Part shown: in pieces, positions 58,584-64,000 of the stretch
Position numbering within the stretch: position 1 is the first letter of the stretch
How the letters are laid out: every line of letters starts with the position of its first letter
Source of the DNA: Candidatus Kaiserbacteria bacterium
GTDB taxonomy: Bacteria; Patescibacteriota; Minisyncoccia; Phycocordibacterales; UBA918
NCBI GenBank assembly: GCA_019634005.1
Contig: JAHQWD010000003.1
Location: 304,539-368,538, forward strand
Length of the DNA stretch: 64,000 bases
Direction: 5' to 3'
Notes under the pieces: model-generated
Seen by the model: the letters and a program-made list of their open reading frames with translations, nothing else
Database searches by the model: none
Told to the model about the DNA's origin: nothing
Position numbers and translations under genes: made by a program

Positions 58584-59936
58584 TTAGACGCCATCGAGGA
58601 AGTCGATATCATCCTGGTACTGCTCTGCGTACGAGAGTACGCTCGATGCATACCCAAGTCCGTTAATCTTCCAGTATCCTCCCGCGTAGTATCGTGCTGC
58701 CGCCTCTTGCTCTGCACTGTATCCTCCTTTCCATGCACCGAGGTCGCTCACGAAGATTCCTGTTGCCATAATGGCATGCTCTGGATTCCACGGGTCTGCT
58801 GTATCAACACCAATTGCATCTGCCACACGGTCTGCATACATTACCCATGTTGATGGAATGAACTGGGTTGGCCCCATTCCTCCACCGTATCCTACAGACT
58901 GTGGACATGAGACCGGTGTCCCGTATGGTGGACGACCTAACTCTTTAGTGATCTCAAGGAATGGCTCCACATCTCTATCTGGCTTCATCACGCGTGCAAA
59001 TGGAGTTCCTGTATTCTTTCCCTTTCCATCTCCTGTCTCTGGATCTACCAAGAGACACTGTCCAACATTCACACCAAGATTAGACTCCTGTCTGAGGATT
59101 GCAAGAATGAAAGCCGCACGAACACCCGTATACTTCTCTGCTTTCTTTGCATAGGCGAGCGCAACTTCAAACGGAATACCGTCGGTGTCCAGTCCACGGA
59201 GGGAGAAGAGTGCCGCGTTAATCTGCGCTGCCTTTGCCTGACGGTCTGCAAGAATCTGCTGGTATGATTTCGCCTCCTGCTGTGTTGCAGCAAGCAACTG
59301 TTTCTTCTCTGCCTCACTCTGTGCGATCGTCTGCTTCCGTTGCTCTACCACATACTTTGCATCTACCTCCTCACTCTTCTGCGCATCAAGTTGCTCTCGC
59401 TCTACTTCAGTCTCTGCTTTTGCGTCACGAATGTTTTCAAAATGCTCCTTGAGAGAGCGTTGGATGGAATAGAAACTATCAACGTCCAAAAAGAAATCTG
59501 AGATGTCTTTGCTATTCAGCACCACCTCCACCAGTGCATAATCATCTATCTCGTTTGTCTTCCGAATGAGTTGCGCCAGTGACTGCTTCCCTGTATCAAT
59601 ACGGTCCTCAAGTTCTCCGATACGTTCGGTACGAAGGTTAATATCTTTTGACAGTTGTGAGATAGCGATATTCTTCGCACGAATAGTCGCCTCAGCGGCA
59701 TTAATTTTTGCCGTGAGCGCCTGTACATCGCTATCAATACTGTCGACACGGCCATTTGCCTCATCGAGAATAGCCTGCCAGCGCTCAATTTCTTCATTAC
59801 AGCGCTCCAAATCTTCTTGGAGTTCCTCCTCACTCTTTCCATCAGTCCCCTCACTACACGCGTCTTGTGCACCCGCGTGAGACACGCCGAACGAGCCGAC
59901 AAGAAGTAGCAGAAGTAGAAAAATCCCTATACGCAT
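58584..59936 (-). CDS. Secreted coiled-coil protein with C-terminal lytic transglycosylase-like domain
   Basis: Signal peptide and long coiled coil, then [23 protein letters not shown] and DPWNPEHAI. Confidence 0.85.
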   Translation of the reverse strand: MRIGIFLLLLLLVGSFGVSHAGAQDACSEGTDGKSEEELQEDLERCNEEIERWQAILDEANGRVDSIDSDVQALTAKINAAEATIRAKNIAISQLSKDINLRTERIGELEDRIDTGKQSLAQLIRKTNEIDDYALVEVVLNSKDISDFFLDVDSFYSIQRSLKEHFENIRDAKAETEVEREQLDAQKSEEVDAKYVVEQRKQTIAQSEAEKKQLLAATQQEAKSYQQILADRQAKAAQINAALFSLRGLDTDGIPFEVALAYAKKAEKYTGVRAAFILAILRQESNLGVNVGQCLLVDPETGDGKGKNTGTPFARVMKPDRDVEPFLEITKELGRPPYGTPVSCPQSVGYGGGMGPTQFIPSTWVMYADRVADAIGVDTADPWNPEHAIMATGIFVSDLGAWKGGYSAEQEAAARYYAGGYWKINGLGYASSVLSYAEQYQDDIDFLDGV

Positions 59937-60000
59937 ACGTGCAAATATTATACACGACTCCGCCATACAAAAAACGCGGCCTGTGCCGCGTTTTTCTGGA

Positions 60001-60651
60001 TTACTCCTCTGTCTTTTCTGCTTCTTCAGATTCCTCTCCCTTTCCTTTCTCCTCTACCTCAATCGCATCCATATCTACCTGTTCTACTGGTGCTTCTTCC
60101 TCTTCTTTCACCTCAGATACCAGCGCAACAACTTCCTCAGGGTCTATCTCTGTCTTCACCCCCTCTGGAAGTGTGATGTCCTTCACTTTAATCTGTGCAT
60201 CAAAGTCTACAAGTGATGACACATCGACGGTAAGATGGCTTGGGAGCGCACTTGGACGACAGGTTACTTCAAGCTCGTGCATTACCTTCGTAAGTGATCC
60301 ACCAAGCTTAATTGCAGGTGCCTCACCTTCAAACTCCAGTGATACCTCAGTGGTAAGTTCCTTACCACGTTCTACTGCATAGAAGTCCACGTGCTGCACA
60401 CCTCCCTTTACAGGATCGAACTCCACATCGTGAATCAGTGCCTCAACCTCTTCCCCAAGACCTGTAAGGTTCACAATAGTAGATTCTGCTCCATCACGGA
60501 ACAGTTTATCAAGTTCCGCTTTATTAAGCGTAATTGCTGTCGCCTCTTGTTTCTTTCCGTATACGACCGCAGGAATTTGCTCTTTCGCACGAAGTGCTGC
60601 AAGTTGCTTTCCGCGTTCTTCTCGTTTTGTAACGTTTAGTTGTACCGTCAT
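60001..60651 (-). CDS. rplY: 50S ribosomal protein L25/CTC
   Basis: IPAVVYG and HVDFYAV, with the long CTC-type C-terminus. Confidence 0.95.
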   Translation of the reverse strand: MTVQLNVTKREERGKQLAALRAKEQIPAVVYGKKQEATAITLNKAELDKLFRDGAESTIVNLTGLGEEVEALIHDVEFDPVKGGVQHVDFYAVERGKELTTEVSLEFEGEAPAIKLGGSLTKVMHELEVTCRPSALPSHLTVDVSSLVDFDAQIKVKDITLPEGVKTEIDPEEVVALVSEVKEEEEAPVEQVDMDAIEVEEKGKGEESEEAEKTEE

Positions 60652-60697
60652 AATTATGTGTCTTTATATATGTGACGAGAGCATAGCACAGCACTCC

Positions 60698-61663
60698 TTA
60701 GGATACAACGTTCTCTGGTGTCTCTCCGTTAAGAAAGGCCACGATGTTCTGTGCTGCAATGAGAGACATCTTTCCTCGTGTTTCTACTGACGCAGATGCG
60801 ATATGTGGGGTAAGGGTCACATTATCGAGATCGGACAATCCTGCCGCAAGTGCTGGCTCATCTTCGTAGACATCGAGTCCTGCACCAGCAATCTGGCCCG
60901 TCTTCAATGCCTCAACCAGTGCTTTCTCATCTACCACAGGACCGCGAGACGTGTTAATGAGATACGCCGTCTTTTTCATCATCGCAAGACGCACACCATT
61001 CACAAGATGTTTTGTAGCTGGAAGAAGTGGTACGTGTACGGAGACAATATCCGCCTCTGCAAAGAGCTCCTCAATATCTTCTTTGTACGTTGCAGCAAGA
61101 TCGTTCTCAAAGTGTTCGTTCTTCTTGATATCGTTGTAGATGATGTTCATACCAAGTCCACGATATGCTTTCTCTGCCATTGCGTATCCAATACGTCCTG
61201 CGCCAAGAATACCGAGTGTCTTCCCTTTCAGATCACTTCCAAGGAGTAGTTCTGGCGCCCAGCCGTCATACTTCCCCGCACGGGTAAAGCGATCTGCCTC
61301 TGGTATACGCTTTGCAACAGCAAGCATCAGAGAAAACGCATACTCTGCCACCGTCTCCGTAAGTACTCCTGGCGTGTTCGTGACCGTTACTCCACGTTCT
61401 TTTGCTGCTTCAAGGTCTATGTTGTCGTACCCAACCGCATAGTTCGCAAAAATCTTTGCGTCAGTTGCATCAAACACCTCCCCATCAATGGTGTCGGTGA
61501 GAAGACAGAGCACTGCGTCATACGACTCCTTCCCTAGTTCTGCGATAAGTTCTTCTTTGGTAAGCACCCCTTCTTTAGTACTAATCGTAACCTCGTGCCC
61601 CGCTTCTTGAAGCAGGTTGATTCCATCCTCAGGAATCTTTCGTGTGACAAATATACGTGACAT
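60698..61663 (-). CDS. D-isomer-specific 2-hydroxyacid dehydrogenase (glyoxylate/hydroxypyruvate reductase-like)
   Basis: AVGYDNID, NTPGVLTETVAE, GILGAGRIG, INTSRG, GLDVYEDEP and TPHIAS. Confidence 0.92.
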   Translation of the reverse strand: MSRIFVTRKIPEDGINLLQEAGHEVTISTKEGVLTKEELIAELGKESYDAVLCLLTDTIDGEVFDATDAKIFANYAVGYDNIDLEAAKERGVTVTNTPGVLTETVAEYAFSLMLAVAKRIPEADRFTRAGKYDGWAPELLLGSDLKGKTLGILGAGRIGYAMAEKAYRGLGMNIIYNDIKKNEHFENDLAATYKEDIEELFAEADIVSVHVPLLPATKHLVNGVRLAMMKKTAYLINTSRGPVVDEKALVEALKTGQIAGAGLDVYEDEPALAAGLSDLDNVTLTPHIASASVETRGKMSLIAAQNIVAFLNGETPENVVS

Positions 61664-61747
61664 ATACCTATAGGATACGTGTTCTTCGGTATCTATCAAC
61701 AGGCATGCCGTGTATTGGAGTCCCGCTCCCTTGTACACTACCTATAT

Positions 61748-62749
61748 ATGTCACAGCAATACGATTTCGTCGCCATAGGCGACATCACCATAGATGCCTT
61801 TATCCAACTCTCTAAAGAGGACGCAACGGTTATGTGCGATATTGAAGGAAAGCCATGCCAACTTCTGATGGACTTTGGATCGAAACTTCCGTATGAAGAT
61901 GTCACCGTGGTAAATGCTGTTGGAAATGCTCCGAACGCGTCCGTGTCTGCGCATCGTCTAGGTTTGAAGAGTGCGCTGGTGACCAATCTCGGGCATGATC
62001 GCAATGGAAAAGACTGTCTCGACACCCTTCGTCGGGAAGGAGTACACACAGATTTTGTAAAGATTCATGAAGAGAAGAGTACCAACTATCACTACGTACT
62101 TCGCTACGGCGCAGAGCGAACCATTCTTATCAAGCACGAAGAGTACCCGTACCTCCTTCCACAGTTCCAAGTGCCACCACGCTATATCTACTTCTCTTCC
62201 ATCGGAGAGAACGGGGTAGATTTCCATCATGCTATTGCAGATTATGTACGCAAAAACCCAGAGACCAAACTGGTTTTCCAGCCAGGAACCTTCCAGATTC
62301 GTCTTGGCTATGATGCCATCAAAGATATCTACGAACTCTGTGAGATTTTCTTCTGTAACAAACAAGAGGCAGAAAAAATTCTTGGACTTCAGAGTACTCC
62401 CGTACCAGAGCTTCTTCGTAAGATGGCGACACTTGGACCAAAAATCCCTGTGATTACCGATGGACCAAACGGTGCCTACGCACTCGATGGGGATGATGTT
62501 TGGTTTATTCCGATGTACCCAGATCCGAAAGAGCCTGTGGACCGTACAGGTGCAGGAGATTCTTTCTCTTCAACGTTCACCGCAGCGCTTGCGGCAGGAC
62601 ATGATATTAAAACCGCACTGACATGGGGACCAATCTCTTCTATGTCTGTGGTACAACACATCGGTGCACAAAAAGGCCTCCCGACGCAAGAAGACCTTGA
62701 GAAATACCTTAGCGAAGCGCCCGAGAGTTACGTACCGAGAAAAATTTAA
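61748..62749 (+). CDS. PfkB-family carbohydrate kinase
   Basis: GNAPNAS, CNKQEA, ITDGPNG and DRTGAGDSF. Confidence 0.9.
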   Translation: MSQQYDFVAIGDITIDAFIQLSKEDATVMCDIEGKPCQLLMDFGSKLPYEDVTVVNAVGNAPNASVSAHRLGLKSALVTNLGHDRNGKDCLDTLRREGVHTDFVKIHEEKSTNYHYVLRYGAERTILIKHEEYPYLLPQFQVPPRYIYFSSIGENGVDFHHAIADYVRKNPETKLVFQPGTFQIRLGYDAIKDIYELCEIFFCNKQEAEKILGLQSTPVPELLRKMATLGPKIPVITDGPNGAYALDGDDVWFIPMYPDPKEPVDRTGAGDSFSSTFTAALAAGHDIKTALTWGPISSMSVVQHIGAQKGLPTQEDLEKYLSEAPESYVPRKI

Positions 62750-63732
62750 CCGAGCGCTTTCTTCGCAGCGGTGACAATCGCTGGTGTATCAATACCGTAA
62801 TATTGAATGAGTGTATCTGGATCTCCAGACTGTCCAAAGAGATCTTTCACTCCCACACGAACCACCTTTGTTGGATGTACTTCTCCGAGGTATTCTGCAA
62901 CCACAGAACCCATACCGCCCGCAACCTGATGCTCTTCGACAGTGACGATGACGTCATGCTCTTTTGCAAATGCAAGCACTGCCTCTGTATCAAGCGGTTT
63001 TACCGTCGCGAGATTCATCACCGATGCACCAATACCTCCTTCATTTAATTCTTTTCCTGCAACAAGTGCGTTGTGAAGGATGGTTCCTGTTGCAATAATA
63101 CCCACCTTCCGTTCGTGCGCTTCATCGCGCTTCATATATATAGATGCTTTCCCGATAGCAAATGGGGTTGCTGCAGTCGTCACCACGGGAGTCTTTTCTC
63201 TTCCCAGACGAATATAGACTGGTCCTTCATATTTTGCTGCCGCAAGTGTTGCGCGTTTTGCTTCGTGCACGTCACATGGTGCAAGCACCACCATGTTTGG
63301 TACCACCCGCATAATGGCCATATCCTCAATCGCCTGATGCGTCGCACCATCTGGCCCCACGGACACCCCTGCATGTGCACCAACAATCTTTGCGTTCATA
63401 TTGTTATATGCAATGGTAGTACGAATCTGTTCCCAGCTTCGCCCTGGAGAAAACATTGCATATGATGCAAAAAATGGAATCTTCCCCATTGCTGCCATTC
63501 CCGACGCAACCGATGCAAGATTCTGCTCTGCAACACCAATCTCTATATATCGCTCTGGGAATGCTTCTTTAAATGCCTGTACACGGGTAGATTCAGTAAG
63601 GTCTGCACAGAGTGCAACGACATTCTTATCTCGTTCTCCCGCTTCTTTAAGTCCCTCACCAAAACCATTACGATTCGGGACTCGTTCGATGGAATCACTG
63701 AAAAGATTTGGATTGAGATGCTCTGCTGTCAT
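62746..63732 (-). CDS. Transketolase, C-terminal subunit
   Basis: GVAEQN, GPDGATHQ, GPVYIRLGR and VEEHQ. Confidence 0.93.
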   Translation of the reverse strand: MTAEHLNPNLFSDSIERVPNRNGFGEGLKEAGERDKNVVALCADLTESTRVQAFKEAFPERYIEIGVAEQNLASVASGMAAMGKIPFFASYAMFSPGRSWEQIRTTIAYNNMNAKIVGAHAGVSVGPDGATHQAIEDMAIMRVVPNMVVLAPCDVHEAKRATLAAAKYEGPVYIRLGREKTPVVTTAATPFAIGKASIYMKRDEAHERKVGIIATGTILHNALVAGKELNEGGIGASVMNLATVKPLDTEAVLAFAKEHDVIVTVEEHQVAGGMGSVVAEYLGEVHPTKVVRVGVKDLFGQSGDPDTLIQYYGIDTPAIVTAAKKALG

Positions 63733-63733
63733 A

Positions 63734-64000
63734 TTACTCGCTTACGCTAATCATACCGTTAAGTGACCGAAGCTTCTTGAGCGCCGTCTCTGCCTGCTCA
63801 TCTTTTGGTACTCGATCCTCTGGTCCTTTCCCTGGAGGATTGCCGTGCCACCTGAAGTCTCGCTCAAAGACATCCACCCCCTTGGCAGGAATGGTGTGCG
63901 CAATGATAAGTGATGGCTGACTGTACACAGACTGTGCTTTTCCAATTGCATCATGCATCGCACGGATATTGTGGCCGTCCACTTCCTGCACGTCAAAATT
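63734..64000 (-). CDS. Transketolase, N-terminal subunit (3' part only)
   Basis: VDGHN...IIAHTIPAKGV...WHG, directly upstream of the C-terminal subunit gene. Runs off the window end. Confidence 0.88.
   Translation of the reverse strand, partial: NFDVQEVDGHNIRAMHDAIGKAQSVYSQPSLIIAHTIPAKGVDVFERDFRWHGNPPGKGPEDRVPKDEQAETALKKLRSLNGMISVSE

Overview
This window is a gene-dense core-chromosome segment of a small-genome bacterium, most likely Patescibacteria/CPR (Parcubacteria-like). That placement is inferred from the compact PheS, PheT, EF-Ts and SMC, a NusB-NUDIX fusion, a helicase-nuclease fusion, a pilin-like gene and almost no biosynthesis genes. The code is standard table 11, since TGA ends trmD and rnhB. 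Most of the window is informational housekeeping: hisS, rpoD, dnaG, rpoC, rpoB, trmD, rpsP, rnr, smc, rnc, nusB, rpmF, rnhB, dnaE, thrS, gyrB, pheST, tsf, rpsB, prfA, rpmE, rplY and tRNA-Thr(UGU). I found no integrase, transposase, prophage or CRISPR array. The notable signals are as follows. (1) There are two expression grammars. Core genes lack Shine-Dalgarno (SD) sites and often have a -10 box only 6-10 nt before the ATG. Seven scattered orphan ORFs instead each have an SD, a promoter at the stop codon of the upstream core gene (a clear TTGAC-N17 promoter in four) and usually a downstream terminator. (2) A sortase lies next to a VPYTG-bearing surface protein with 13 YSYSGGSD repeats, five Ig-like domains and an unusually long cytoplasmic tail. 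(3) An ~225-nt structured RNA candidate sits between rpoC and dnaG-rpoD. (4) A compact T-box riboswitch precedes thrS. (5) A free-standing HNH nuclease abuts tRNA-Thr. All calls were made by eye from sequence and motifs; no database searches were run.
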